Assembly (NCBI GenBank): GCA_013265495.1
Contig: MU057809.1
Coordinates: 1,789,062-1,853,061, forward strand
Direction of reading: 5' to 3'
From: Vicugna vicugna
Taxonomy: Eukaryota
Length of the DNA: 64,000 nt
The notes under the pieces are model-generated. The model was not told where the DNA came from. It worked only from the letters and a program-made list of their open reading frames with translations, and searched no databases. This document shows positions 1-12,974 of this stretch, piece by piece. Made by a program: the position numbers and the translations under genes. Each line of letters begins with the position of its first letter. The first letter of the stretch is position 1.

Positions 1-294
1 TTTAATGGATCTATACCAGATTTATGATGGTGGCTGCCTGCAGAGAGAGTAGGGAAGTAATGGAGCCAGTACGGGAGGTAAGGCTAACATCATGCTCCCT
101 CGCAATGCTTATTTCTTTATTAACGTTTTGAAGAAAATGATAAAAATCACAGCCAAGAATGGATTGCTGCTTAATCTCTGCCATCAGCCAAGTGCACGGG
201 AATTATAAAAATGTTCAGAGTCTCCTATTTAGTTGGTAAAAATATTCTTTTTTCAGGGTTGTTGTTTTCAGTAGTGCGTCACAATGTTTAAATT

Positions 295-971
295 ACTTTT
301 TAGAGTTGAAGTACACGCAGTTACACTGTCAATTTCCGGTGCGCAGCGTAATGTTTCCGCTACATACATACGTTCACTTCCACGTTCTCCTCCATCACAG
401 GTTGCTACGAGGTGTTGAACGTAGTTCCCTGCGCCGTATGGAAGACATCTATTTTAACTGTGTTTACATATAGTCGTTGCTGTTTACAAATCTCGAGCTC
501 TCGGTTGATCCCTTCCCACCTCCTTTCCCCTGGTAACCATGAGATTGTTTACTACGTCTGTGAGCTTGTTTCTGTTTTGTAGACGAGTTCATTAGTGCCT
601 TCTTTTTTATTTTTTTAGATTCCACATGTGAGTGATATCATGGTTTGTTTTTTTCTCTTTCTGGCTTACTTCACTTAGAATGATGATCTCCAGGTCCATC
701 GTGTTGCTGCAAAGGGCATTATTTTATCATTACTCCATTGTATAAATACACCACAGTTTCTTTATCCAGTCGTCTGCTGATGGACACTTAGGCTGTTTCC
801 ATGTCTTGACTGCTGTCAATAGTGCCGCTGTGAACATTGGGGTGTGTGCATCTTTTTGAATTAGAGATCCCTCCAGATACATGCCTAGGAGTGGAATTGC
901 TGGATGATACGAGGAGTCTAGTTTTAGTTTTTTGAGGAATCTCCATACTGTTTTCCATAGTGGCTGCCCCA
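295..971 (-). mobile_element. LINE-1 3' end (ORF2 C-terminus plus 3'UTR), 5'-truncated
   Basis: Minus-strand ORF 730-972 reads QPLWKTVWRFLKKLK...PAIPLLG...PMFTAAL...WKQPKCPS.DDWIKKLWCIYTME, the classic L1 ORF2 C-terminus; L1 3'UTR-like sequence continues toward ~295. Confidence 0.93.
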
Positions 972-1204
972 AAGTAATGCATCACAATTTTAAATAAAAT
1001 TTTACATGCTTAAACTAGTTGAGTACTGAAGTATGACAAGTCTTTCAACAGGGATATTCATGAAGCAAGGAAGCTAGAATATGAATCTATGACCGTTTCA
1101 AGCCTAAAATGCAGTGAATAATAGCCATTACTTTGTTCCAATTTTAAACCCTCAAACCAGTCTCACAACCTGAAAGAGGTAAATGGGACAGTTTGCAGTG
1201 AACA

Positions 1205-1940
1205 CAAGGTTTATTCCTTCCTTCATTCGAGGGACGTTTATTCAGCAGCTCTCTGGGTGCCACTCCCCAGGCTCTGGGGCCAGTCTTGGTGACATCTCTG
1301 CCTTCAGGGAGCTCATCCTTTAGAGGGGGGATGCGTACTGACCAGAAAATCTCACAAGCAAGTGTGAAAGTGCGCATGCGACAAACAGAATAAAGGAGCT
1401 GCTCTGAGAGCCTCCCGTGGGAGTGTTTGGCCCACCTGGAGTGACGTGAGCTGGGGACAGTTACCTGTCCACAGAGACGTGGAGGGGGGATTTTGGCTGG
1501 AGGCCAGCGTGTGGGTCGAGGGAGTGTTGCACGAACGAAAATTCAAAAGGATTGAATGGGAGCAAAGGAGCAAGGGGAGGACCTGATGTGAGATGAAGCC
1601 GGAGAGGTGGGCTGGGCCGGTGCGCCATGACAGATAACGTGGGTTCCATCTTGGGGGTGCTGGGAAGCCATGGGAGAGCTATTGGCGGGCTCTGTGACAC
1701 GATAAGGTTTTGAAATCATCACTCTGCTGTGGGACAGCTGAACTGGAAGGAGTCATAGTGGGTGTAGCTAGAACAGTCAGAAGGCAGGTGAGATGGGGGC
1801 AGGTTGGACAAAGGTGGTGGTGGTGGTGATGGTGGTGGTGACGTGGCGTTGGTGGAGATGGAGAGAAATGGAAATTTGCACAATATTTAAAAGGTAAAAT
1901 GGACGAGATTGAGTCTTGGAAGTCACTTAGGGATGGGGAA
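1205..1940 (-). mobile_element. LINE-2 (L2) 3' fragment
   Basis: ttccttcattc..tttatt tail, gagctcatc..tag, gggaagccatggga, aaatcatcactctgctgtgg resemble antisense L2; contains a short (GGT)n run at ~1813-1839. Confidence 0.7.
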
Positions 1941-2124
1941 AGCACAAGGATACATCAAATTTATTTTGTAAGAAGTTTAGTGATTCTCTTAAGTTGCTCT
2001 TGGCGTGGTTGAACGTGTGTATTTGTTAACCTGCTTTTTGCAGCACAGGGTGACGATGTGCGGACAGTGACATTGCTCTCCAAAACAACCACCACCTTGC
2101 ACATGTTCTTGATCTCGCTTGCGG

Positions 2125-2270
2125 GGGGTTAATGGCTGCACTTTCTCTGACAATCTTTCCATCAAGAGATAGGGTCTCTTTCCCTTCCCCTGAGGTCTGG
2201 GCTGGCCTGTGACTGTTCTGACAAACAACGTGTGGGAGAAGTGATGTGCATAACTTCCTCCCTCAGCGTC
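2125..2270 (+). mobile_element. MLT1-type MaLR LTR fragment
   Basis: ccatcaagagatagggtctctttcccttcccctga..ctgggctggcctgtgactg..gagaagtgatg resembles the MLT1G/H-group 5' region. Confidence 0.65.
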
Positions 2271-3499
2271 TTGCCCCTGACCCCGAGGAGTCAAGGCTGC
2301 AGTGATGGATGCTCTGCCCGACGGCCGGGTCCCTGAGGGTGCCGTGAAGCATTGTCTCGTCGCTGAGCGTATTGAAATGATTCAATCTGAACGGTCCTCC
2401 CCGTGGAAGAGATTATATCCCAACTAACAGGAAGATGCTTGAGAAGCAAGGGGCAAGAATCCATCAGCAGCGCTGTTCCTCCTCAGACCTCAGTGTGCTG
2501 GGACGGTGGCTCCTGGTGACTGTTGAGACTGTGAACGCGCATGCAGTTTTAGGAGTGCGCAGAGCGAGGAGAATCAGTTGAATGATTTCAGGTGGTCAGT
2601 CTTAAAAAGTCTGCATAGCCCGGTTGCAGCACTTTTGCTAACATTTTCGTTGTAAGAAGGCAGGATGGAAGCTCACTGAAGTGACGCCTTCCCAGGAGCA
2701 TATGTGCCGACTTTACACTCTGCTAATTTTATATCCGATTAAAACCTAAATGCATCAAGACATCCTTTGGAATAATTAAAGACACTTCAATTGAGGCATA
2801 GAAATGTGTCTGACTACATCCGGAATCCGCAGAGATGGAGTTAGGGAAATCAGTACAGCATTATGTCATTTTACAGTAATTTAGAAGAAAGCAGAATTTG
2901 GCTTTCAAAGGATATACTTTTTCATTTGGGGTAAAATAAGGTGCACTCTCCATTCAGAGTAAGTGCCCCATTCGTGTGAAGTTAATGTACGAGGACCATT
3001 TATCTCCGGGCTGTTTGAGGGAAAGCAATCCTTTAAGGGGCTCTGCTGTTCCCCGGGAGGGAGCCTCCAAGACAGTTTTGATCCATTGATGAGCGCTGTC
3101 TAATACGCTCCCCGAGGTACAGTTTCCCTAAATCTATTAGACTTTTACAGTCTTCCAGGATGTGCAGTCTGGAGACGCTCCATCTCACTGTATTAACTTG
3201 ACAACGTAATGTACTGCTCTCTCTTTATTTTCATAGGAAGTACTGGGTTTGACCTTGAAACTCTTAAGCACACTTTATAATCCTCAGCCCATCCTGGCAT
3301 GGACGGCCCCCTAAGAAAAATGCCCTGGCAAGATTTGAGTCCATAAAACCTTGGCTTGAGAGCACTGAAACAGGGGAGGTGTTGGAGGGTCGGGGTCCCA
3401 GCCGCTCTGTCTGGATCAACAGTCCACGGGCAGGTGAAGCGGGGAACTGAGTCGCAGGTGGGCTTCCAGCTGTGCATGCTGAGCTCTTGCCTGGGCCAG

Positions 3500-3675
3500 A
3501 TGCTCGCTTCACAGGATTATCATTTACCCTCGTGAAGCTGATGTTATTGTTGTTACACAGATGAGGAAGCTGAGGCTCAGAGAGGGTAAGGAACTTACCC
3601 AGGGTCACCCAGCTAGGAAGTGGCAGAGCTTGATTTCAAACTCAGGTCTTTTTGACTCCAAAGCCAGAGCTCTGA
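3500..3675 (-). mobile_element. MIR SINE
   Basis: acagatgaggaagctgaggctcagagagggtaag..cagggtcacccagctaggaagtggcagagc..gactccaaagcc is the antisense MIR core. Confidence 0.9.
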
Positions 3676-4644
3676 AGCGTGAGGCTCGGGGGCTCGCCCG
3701 GAACGGAGTCTCTGCTTTTGAGGGGAGTGCGTCGGCTTGGGCTGTTCTTGTCCGTTTGGCGCCTTTGTGTGTCGTCACTTGACCTCTCCTTCCCTTGCCC
3801 TAAGCCAGTGGCCGAGCTTTCCCTTCCTGGGTTCTTCCCTGGGGCTGGGGCCAGTGTGTCAGGTCTTAGCTCCTGCTCTGGAGGTCCTTGTGTCTCTCCA
3901 GAGCAAGAAACGAAAAGGGACTGAAATGGCACCTCCACGCAGCCCTGGAGGCTGAGCCATTCAGGGCCATCCTTTGGCGTCCCTGGACCGACTGGTCTGT
4001 CCTCAAAGCCCGGGGACACATGAAAGTGCCTGCCTCTGCAGAGAGTGGTGCCTTTGGATGGCTGGACCGAGGGGAGCAGCCACCTGCCCGTGGTGGATGT
4101 GGTCTTTGGCCGTGAGGAGTAGCGGTCAGGTTCATGACTGGTGCTCCCAAGTTTGCTGCTTTCTGCAAGCCATAAAGGCTTTTAATTATTAGGAAATGAT
4201 TCCTGTGTCTGGCCAATTTATCAGCCTCTGGCAAGAATAAAGAGTCAACCGCCTATGAATCCTACCTGATTACTAATAAGAACTACATAAAATGACACCA
4301 GTGCTGAGGAATGTTCTCGGCTGGGCTCCAGCCGGTGCAGCCCTGGGATGGATGACCCCAGGGGAAGAAAGCTACCGCTTTTCCTGCTGGCGGCTCTAAG
4401 TGGGTGCAGAAGACGGAGGCTCCCCACAGGCAGCTGCTCACAGGGCTGGGACAGGGTTGGAAAGTAGCCAGAGGTGGTTTCCCACGAGTCCCCAAGGGGC
4501 CCCTCCCCATCCCAGGATCACGCTCACTCCCTCCAGGCGACCAGGGCCACCCCGAAGCTCCCTTCACCCTGAGGTCCAGGCCCTGGCATTCTGCAGGGGT
4601 CCACGGGGAGCTTGGAGCCAGGACGCCTGGTCTCAGACCACATG

Positions 4645-5052
4645 GTAAACAGCCCACGTGCCCACCGATGGTTGAATGGCCAAGGTAATTGTGATATATC
4701 CACGCAACAGAGCATTACTCATCCATAAAGAGGAACGTCTTTCAGGTACCCACTACAGCGTGCACGGACCTCAAAAACGTCGTGCTCAGTGAAAGATGCC
4801 AGACACAAAAGGTCATGTGTTGTGTGTTTCCATTTGTACGATATGTGCAGACCAGGGGAAGTCGCAGAGACAGAAAGCAGTCTGGTGTTACCTGGGGCCG
4901 GGGTGGGGGCAGTGAGGAGAACCTGCCTGCCTTTTGGAACTAGATGGAGGTGAGGGTTGCACCACTTTGGTAAAGTACTAAATGCCACCGAATTTTTCAC
5001 ACAACATAAAATGGTTATTTTATGTTATGTGAATTTTAGTCCAAAAAAAAAG
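4645..5052 (+). mobile_element. Old L1 (L1MB-like) 3' end with A-tail
   Basis: aaacagcccacgtgcccaccgatggttgaatgg..gccagacacaaaagg..agagacagaaagcag..aaaatggttattttatgttatgtgaatttt followed by an A-run. Confidence 0.85.
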
Positions 5053-5512
5053 CAAAACAAATCAGATCATAACACTGCATTCAACAGGCTGGGGACATGC
5101 CTTGCAACTCAGCGATGGCCAGCGAGGCATCTAATTCAGGCCCAAGGCTGGGCTGGGCTCTCATGGTCCGTGTTCAGACGGCTGGTCCACCTCCGTGCCC
5201 TGCTTCTCCCCTGGAGCGTGGGGGCACCGGCTAGGGATGCCGGAGCTGCCTTGTGGTGACGGGGCTTCCAGTGTGAGGGCAAGTCCAAGTGGACGCTGGA
5301 GAGGGTGGCCCTGCCTCTGGGCGGGCGGAGGCTGGTGATTCAGTGCCAGTAAGGGGCCACCTTTTATCTTTTTTGTTGTTGAGAAGAATCAATTCTTATT
5401 TGTTAAAGCTGCTCTAAAAAAAATCCCCAAGAGACGTAGTCATCTGTGGAGCGCTTGCTGTGGGCCCTCAAGGAAGTCATGGTACAGGGGCATTTGGCTC
5501 TGTCAGCGAGCA

Positions 5513-6010
5513 CACTGTCCCCCCTTATCTGAGGGGGCGTGTTCCAGGACCCCCAGTGATGCCTGAAACCGCGATAGCACCAAACCCTGTCTATGCTATG
5601 TTTTTCCCTATACGTACATGCCTATGATAAAGTTTAATTTATAAACTGGGCCCAATAAGAGATGTTCTGAGTTGCCGGCATCACTACTCCTGTGCTTTGG
5701 GGCCGTTACGAAGTAAAACAAGGGAGCCTTGGACGCAAGCCCTGTGGTGCTGTGACGGTAGGTCTGATAACCAAGACAGCTGCTGAGTGGCTGGCGGGCG
5801 GGGTGCGCCGGACAACGCGGTGACTCACGCCCCAGGAGGAACAGCAGGACAGTGGGAGCCTTCATCGAGCTGCCTTGCTCAGAACCGCATGCCAGTGCAG
5901 ACTCTCGAGTTGTTTATTTCTGGAAGTTTTCCATTTAATATGTTCAGACCATAGTTGACCCCGGGGAACTGAAGGCAAGGAAAGTGACACTGAAGAGGGG
6001 GGCGCGGCTG
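5513..6010. mobile_element. MER44/Tigger7-type TcMar DNA transposon (non-autonomous)
   Basis: Left end cactgtccccccttatct..ttccaggacccccagtgatgcctgaaaccgcg, internal atgataaagtttaatttataa, degenerate right TIR ..agggggg..ctg followed by TA. Confidence 0.85.
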
Positions 6011-6789
6011 TAATGGGAATGTCGCATAGTGGCCCCAGTGCATGAGTTACGATCAGGGGTGCATGGGAGAGGGGGCTCCAGAACCTGTCACCACGGTGAA
6101 GGGCTGGGCCAGTCAGGGGAGGTCTCTCCCCTGGGCCCGTGAGGGGTCATGGGGGAAGCAGGCTGCTTGGGACGGCGAGGAAGGCGTGAGAAAGGACCTG
6201 AGGTGGCGTGGCCAGTGCAGGGAAGCTGTGGTTCCACTTTGCTGGAAGTTCAATGCGAATTCATAAAGAAAAACCTGTTAGCATCCTTGCTTGACATCTT
6301 CAGACCTCCCTCCCCGCAGGGCTCCGCCAAGCTGCCCTGCAAGGACTGAGAGGGCGGGGCGCCCCACCCCGCCCCCGAGGAAGGAGAGGCACGCACCCAC
6401 CGCAGGGAGGGGCCCACAAGGCAGCGGCCCTGCAGAATTAATGAGGGAGAGGGGAAATGAGGTGAGCGGCTCCCAAAGGACGGGGCTGTCGGTGAGAGGT
6501 GTGGGAAGTGGGTTTTGGGGACATCCCTCCATGTGTTGAGGCCTTCCATGGGAAGTCGCCAGTGAAGACTGCCATTAGAGTTCAGTGCTTTTGGGGGCTG
6601 GACTTTCTGTTGGCTGTGCTGCCGGCCGTCGGAGCCTTAGTCTCCCTTAAGGCAGGAGAAGGAAGTCTGGACTTGCTTCGGGGAACAATGAGGCGCAAGG
6701 CGGGGTGCAGATGAGGTGGGTGGGTAGATGAGGGTCATGTTGTGGGGAATCTCTGGGGTCTGGAGCTTTGTCCTGGTGGCAGAGGGGCA

Positions 6790-7095
6790 CTTCTGGCTCT
6801 TGGACAAATTACTTAGCCTCCCGAAAGCTCAGTTAACTTCTTCTATAAACTGGGGATCTCAATCCTGCCTGTCCTGTACTTCGCTGCGGGTGTTACATAA
6901 GACCACACATAAGAACAGACCTCACAGTGGGGGAGGGTGTGGCTCGGTGGTAGAGCGCGTGCTCAGCATGCACGAGGTCCTGGGTTCAATCCCCAGTGCC
7001 TCCATTTAAATGAAAATAAAGAAATCTACCCCACCCTCCAATAGACCTAACAAATTTCCCAGCACAGAGTAGGCCCTTAATTAATACTTGTGGAA
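6790..7095 (+). mobile_element. MIR remnant interrupted by a younger SINE
   Basis: ttggacaaattacttagcctc..ctcagtt..ctataaactgggg before the SINE; cagcacagagtaggcccttaattaatacttg after it. Confidence 0.6.
6929..7039 (+). mobile_element. tRNA-derived SINE (camelid Vic-1-like)
   Basis: gggggagggtgtggctcggtggtagagcgc (A box) ..gtcctgggttcaatccccag (B box), A-rich tail; imperfect TSD aacagacctcaca (6914-6926) / aatagacctaaca (7040-7052). Confidence 0.9.
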
Positions 7096-7419
7096 TATGG
7101 ACCTTTATCCACCCAAACTGATCAGCCCCACATCCTAGTCACCTAGGGACCGACCCTCTCTCTAGAGCTGATCCAAAATTTGCAGCCCAGCGTCCACAGT
7201 GACACGAGTAATGGGGTAATCCTGTGCTTCATAGCAGCCTCTTCCCCTTGGTCCAAAGGAGGGAGCAAGGCGGACGTTTCTGCAGGCAGAGGGGAAATAC
7301 ACACACGGTCTCTTTCATTCCGAAGCTCTGCTCCTCGAGCTGGCTCTTTCTGAGGTCAAGGGCCTGAAGGACACTGATTAAATCAAAGAATAGCAAACAC
7401 GCATTGCCTGTTGGTGTGC

Positions 7420-7610
7420 CTCTGTGCAGTATCTCCCTTACTCTTCACAGGAGCCCCATGACGTACATACTCGTATTAGTGCCTCTTTACTGGTAAAGAA
7501 GTAGCCCAGAGAGGTAAAGTGATTTACCCAAGGTCACACAGCTGAGGAAGCCACAGGCCCAAGGCTTGAATCAGACTGTTTGCCATCAGGCCAGGCTCTT
7601 GAATCACCTC
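7420..7610 (-). mobile_element. MIR SINE
   Basis: cccagagaggtaaagtgatttacccaaggtcacacagct antisense MIR core. Confidence 0.8.
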
Positions 7611-10339
7611 TCCCAGGAGAGCCATGAAGTCTCTTTGCAGATCCCGGTGGAGGAGTGAACATTCCAACATACATTAAACTCAGTTGTCAACTGACCTGGA
7701 AGGACAGGTGATTGGATTCCACAGAATTAGCATTTCAAAAAAAAAGGTATTTATATGTTCATCCTCACCCTCCTAACCTATTCTGGTCAAATGTATTAAC
7801 TGTGCTCAGGTCTGCAGAGAGCAGGGAGCGGCCCCCAGTCAGACGGTGCCAGACAGAGGCCATTTCTCTTGCAGGATCATTCCTGGAGGGGCTTCCTGCA
7901 GCCAGATGACATCGAGTGTGCCCATGGCAGAGTGCAAACAGGACTGAAAGGCAAACATCTGTGTTTCGCAAAGCTGCTCTAACTCAAGACAAACAAGCTG
8001 TGTGTATTGGCAAATGCTCAGTGACTTCTGCTGCGGAGAGGGTTGGTGACCGCCTGGGCTGGCCTCGGTTGGAAGAGACGCAGCTAACACCAGCCTCTTC
8101 ACACCGGAGTCCTTTGGGCGGCCTGGGGCGTGGGGACAGGTGTACAATTCCACAGTGTCAGAGTGAATTGGAGACCACCCCCTTTTTTTTTTTCTTTTGG
8201 TTAAAGTCAGTGAGTCTTTATTACATTTCCGTCCCAGGATGAAGTCTTTGGGGTTGCAGAAAAACTCCAAATATGTACTACTGTTTTATTAACGAGCCTC
8301 GAATCCCATGCAGGGCTCTGAACTTCAAACAAAATTGGCCAGGATTTGATCTTCAAAAGAGCAGAGGAGTCCCCGTTAAGATGCCCACATGCCTCAAGCT
8401 GTGTGTCGGGTCCAAAAAAGTCTCTCTCTCTCTCTTTTTTTTTTTTTTGTGGGGGAAAAGAAAACTTAATTACCAGTGAATGAAGCAACTCTCAGAGCAT
8501 ATGGTTTTAGGTTTTGCCAGGACTGGAAGCCAATTTGTTACTTTATTATTATTGCTGATGTTCCCCTTCCCTTGGAAGACGCATTACGCCTCTCGGTAAG
8601 ACCCTCTCTCGAGGACGCAGAGGCCGGAGAGTCTCCGAGGGCCGCGTCGGATGGCCGACTGCAGATCAAACCCCGCTTTTGCTGGGCAGCAGCGTTAAAG
8701 GACGCCATGAAGTGTGTCCCAGGATGGCTTGCTCTCCTCCTAGTAGAGAAACAGCCGCTCTGCTTTGTTTGGGGAACCTACTTTGATGCCTCTAAAACCA
8801 ATTTGCTTTTCTGATTCTGTCCCCTTCCTTTGGCATCTGTGCTCTGCCTGCATCTGCACCAGTATTTGGAAGGGACGTCCCTCCCTGTTTACACTTCCAG
8901 GATTCAGAGGAGACGTCACAGCTGAAGGAGGTGCAGCCAGTTCTCCGCGAGCGAGGGAAAACATGTCTTTTAAAATCTCGCGAACACATTAGCTTTGGCA
9001 TCTTTGAAACTCATTTTTTCTCCTCGTTTTTTGTCTCTCTCCAGCGTGGCTGTCAGTGAACCGTGTGGTCTTGCGAGTGATGGGGGCAGAGCTGTGCACT
9101 GGAGCCCGGCCACCCACTGGTATAGGGTGTCTGTTGCGAGATGACTGCCCTCCTCCTCTCGAAAGGGGGGGGTTTGAGTGGGGCCAATGCCGTCTGTGTC
9201 TATAGAAACTGCCTGCAGTTGGGGCTTAACGCGTATGAGACCAGATGTTAGATTGAGATCTGTTAGAGTGGACCAGAGAGCAGGGGGACAGGGCAGCCCA
9301 TCCGGCCGTGTGAGCGGGTTTTAGGGCAGATGGACAGACTGAAGGCTTTATGAATGACGCTCTTACGCTGTTGACACACAGGTGACCCCTGTGTCCTCTA
9401 AACGGTGTGGGCCAGGCCTCTTTTCTGAGTCCTCATAGTTCCTTCTGTTTTATAAATGGCCAAGTTGAAGCGCATTCGTGCTCTCCCAGGCTAGCTCTTT
9501 AAATGCCTCCCGTCCAGTGGCCTCAGAGGCCCCTACCTCCTTCCTAAACCTGTCTCGCAGCAAAATGCTCGTGCCCTTCCTCCCGCGCGGGTACCCGCTG
9601 GCCCTGCCGCGCCATCCTCGCTGAGACCGCAGCAGCAGCTGCTGCTGAATGTTTTATTAGTCGCTGTGCGTGGCCGTGCAGTCTGCATCTGGGTGTCATC
9701 TTCCTTGTTGTGACACCCTTTTCCTTTAAAGGAGCCGCCAGTGAGGATGAGGATTATGGTCCATTTGGAAACGAGAACTCAGCCTGGGTGGACCACAGAG
9801 GCCTGGATTCTGTTTACAGGTGAGGGAGGTGTAATGAAACTTCAAAGAATAGAGAGCCCTCATCTCCTAAAAGCCTTTACACAGAGGGGACAAAGAGGGG
9901 AACTCACCAAAATAATTGTGTAAACTCAGTGTAAATGTGACGAACAGATCAGCTCTTCACGATGCCACAAACAAAGAAGCCTGCAGCCCCTGGTCCTGCC
10001 AGCCCGCCGGCTTGCCGCCCTAGGACAGGGGCATCGGCCGCCTTGCACGCAGCATTGGGAAGAGGAAGGTGCGTCATCATTGGCTGTCTTTCAGGTTGAA
10101 CCGTGTGTTAGAGTGAGAACTCTGTTTACTGCACAGAGACCTGAATGTCTCACGTGAGGAGCCCACGAGACCATTTCAGAAGCTGGACTTACAAGGATGA
10201 GGTCTGCTGAGTCCATTCTGGTCCCTTTAAATGCAGTTGCTGACAGTACCACTTTATTAAAAATGAGAACCCAGGATGAACGCTCAACCCCACGGAATCC
10301 CAGGACAACAGGTGAAAACCGGGAGGCTTAGATCCCACA

Positions 10340-11560
10340 CGAGTAAGAGTTAGAGCAGCAGCGTCCAGGATATGAAATCAAAATGCAGAATCAATCGCGT
10401 TCCTCTGTAACCACAGAAAACAGTTAGAAAATGTAACCGAAGAAGACACACAAAACATAATAGAAGAAAAACACAACAGCGAACAAAAGTGTTTACACCA
10501 ACTGAGAATAGATACATTTTATTAAAACCTTGTGAAGAAAGTACAAAGCATGGCCAGAGGAAAACTATTTGTTTTAAGTATAAATAAATCATATACAAGC
10601 TTGGGAATCTTTAATGTAATAAAAGTACTATTTCTCCTCCAATTAATTTATAAATTGAATTCAATCTGAACAGGAATTCTCAAGGAACTTCTCAAATTTA
10701 TCAAAATGTCATGTGAAGGACAAAAGGTTGAGAATAGCCTACAATTTGTTGATGAAACAAATAGCGGGGAACTTGTTCTACAAGGCAGCAAACTTTTTAC
10801 AGAGCTTTGGGGTTTAAAACGGTGCAATGATAACACAAAAATAAACTGGTAGGGCAACAGACTAGAACAGGAAGAGACCAGTTCCATGGAAACTGACGTT
10901 CACGTTGGTGGGGAAAGTGTGTGGGCCATGAGATAATCCCCGTAAAAATGAGCTCCCTCTCCATGAGGTACACAAATAAAATCCCGATGCACTAAAGACT
11001 CAAATATGGAAAACATTAGAAAACTCTTCATATGGAATATAGAAAAAAATATAGTTGTGGCCTCCATGTTGGGAAGGATTCCTGAAGCCACAAAAAACTA
11101 CAAAGTGCAGAGGAAAATATGGGTGGATAAACTTGACTACAGTAAAATAAAACCCCTGTGCGACAAGAGACACAGTGAAAACATAAGATAGAGGATAAGA
11201 AGCAATAACTGATTAGGTGTGGTTTCCAGAATATGTGAAGAATTCCTACAAGGAAACAAAGAAAATGAACTGGTAATTCACTGACAAGGAAACCTGCATG
11301 GCTGATAAATACATAGGAAAAAAAAAGTCAGTCTCACTCGGAATCAGTCAACTGCAAATTAAAATGACAATAAGATAATGTTCCACACCCAGCAGGCAAA
11401 AAATTTAAAGTCTGACAAGAATGTCAAGAATGGGGAGAAACACAAACATACATTCTGTGCAAATACAAGTCAGCACAAACTTTGAAGAACGTTTGGCTGT
11501 GTCTTGTAGAACCGGATAGGCGTGCGTGCTCCCTCCCGCCAGCTCTGTTTACAGGTGTGC
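10340..11560 (+). mobile_element. Ancient L1 (L1ME-like) ORF2 remnant
   Basis: A-rich decayed ORF2-like tract: aatcaatcgcgttcctctgtaac, aatttataaattgaattcaat, ataaacttgactacagtaaaataaaa, tgcaaattaaaatgacaataagata. Confidence 0.75.
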
Positions 11561-11568
11561 GCCTGAAG

Positions 11569-12388
11569 TGTTGTCACCGAATGTGCGGGTTTTCCCCTCC
11601 CACCCGCTGATTCTGCAGCTCCCTGATACCCGCTGGGCGTGCCGCAATTCAGCTCGGTTCTGACCCGAGCTACCAGGAGTTGGCGCAGATCCCACAGTGG
11701 GGAGGGCTCAGTCCTTCAAGACTCCCCCCACCCGCTCCAGGGGCCAGTCGCAAGGTCCAAGTGCCACCTGTACTTCTGACCAACTAACTGTCTGTAAATC
11801 TGGGCTCCCCGTGACCCCCTCCTCAAATTCAGTAACTCAGAAGAATGACCCAGAGAACTCAGGAAAGGGCTTTACTTTTGCTGTTTGTTATAAAGGATGC
11901 AACTCAGGAGCACCTGACGGCACTGCTGCACTGGGCCAGGTCTGGGGGAGGCGTGCAGGGCTTCCACGCCCGCTCTCTGTGAACCAGCCTCCTCAAAGTG
12001 TTCTCTGCGGCTCTCGGAGCCCCATTGTTTAGGGGTCTTGTGGAGGTTTCATTACAGTCATTACTGATTAAATCATTGCCGTTGGTGATGGAGATCGATT
12101 TCTAGCCCCTCTTCCCTTCGCGGAGGTCTGTATGTGGGGCTGAAAGTTTCAACCCTCTAACTACATGAGCAGTCACTCTGGCAGCCAGCACCCATCCGGG
12201 AGTTTTCTCGGGGCCCACTTTGAGTCATCTTATTAGTGTAAACCCAGGTATGGTTGAAGGGGGCTTGTTAGGAATAACAAAAGATGTTCCTGTCATCCCT
12301 GCCACTTGGGAAATCCTAAGGGTTTCAGAAGCTCTGAGTCAAGAGGAACCTGGAACAGAGACCAATGTATATTCCTTACTGTATCACA
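11569..12388 (-). mobile_element. MER21-type ERVL LTR inserted in the L1ME
   Basis: Reverse strand starts tgtgatac..ttggtctctgttccaggttcc..cagagcttctgaaacccttagg; + strand caattcagctcggttctgac..ggctcagtccttcaagact, attactgattaaatcattg resemble MER21B/C. Confidence 0.8.
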
Positions 12389-12509
12389 ATGCCGGATAGA
12401 GACTCACACAAGTGCACAGCAAGACAGGTGCAAGAACGCTCATTGCATCATTGCTTATAATAACCCCCCAGTTCTACCAGCTAGTAATGACAATGACATG
12501 TTCAGCTAG

Positions 12510-12970
12510 TAGCAATAGAGACCTATCCATGTAGGGGTTTGTTCTCTCACATTCAAAGAAAAGTTCAGGGCTGGAATGAGGTCTACACAACGTCATCAGG
12601 GACTCAGTTTGCTTGTGTCTTCCTGCTTTGTCAGACTTAGCAGGTGGCTGCTATCCTCAGCATCACGGCATAGTTCAGGAAGGCTGCTGGAGCTCCAGCT
12701 ATCAAGTCTGCATTCCAAGCAACAAGAAAAGGGGAAGGGAGAAGGAACAAAAGGGCTTGCCCTAGTCTCCCTCTTTAAAGGAGCCTTCTCTTAAGAACCA
12801 TCCAGAAACCCCTGCTTATGTTGTAGTGGCCAGAACATAGACCACCTGGGAGCAAGAAAGGTGGGGAAATCTGTCCTCTTAACTGGGCACATTGCTGCTC
12901 TGAATAAATGTGGGTTCTGTTACTAAGGAAGGAGGAACCAGATGTGGGAAGCAACCCTCAGTCTTTGCCA
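12510..12970 (-). mobile_element. MLT1 (K/L-like) MaLR LTR
   Basis: ggctgctggagctccagctatcaagtctgcattccaag, gtggccagaac, actgggcacattgctgctctgaataaa..gggttctgttactaaggaagg. Confidence 0.75.
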
Positions 12971-12974
12971 CTCA

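Noticed and set aside
6929..7005. Possible tRNA gene (A and B boxes, tRNA-Ala-like)
   Set aside because: Followed by an A-rich tail and flanked by a TSD inside a MIR, so it is a tRNA-derived SINE, not a tRNA gene.
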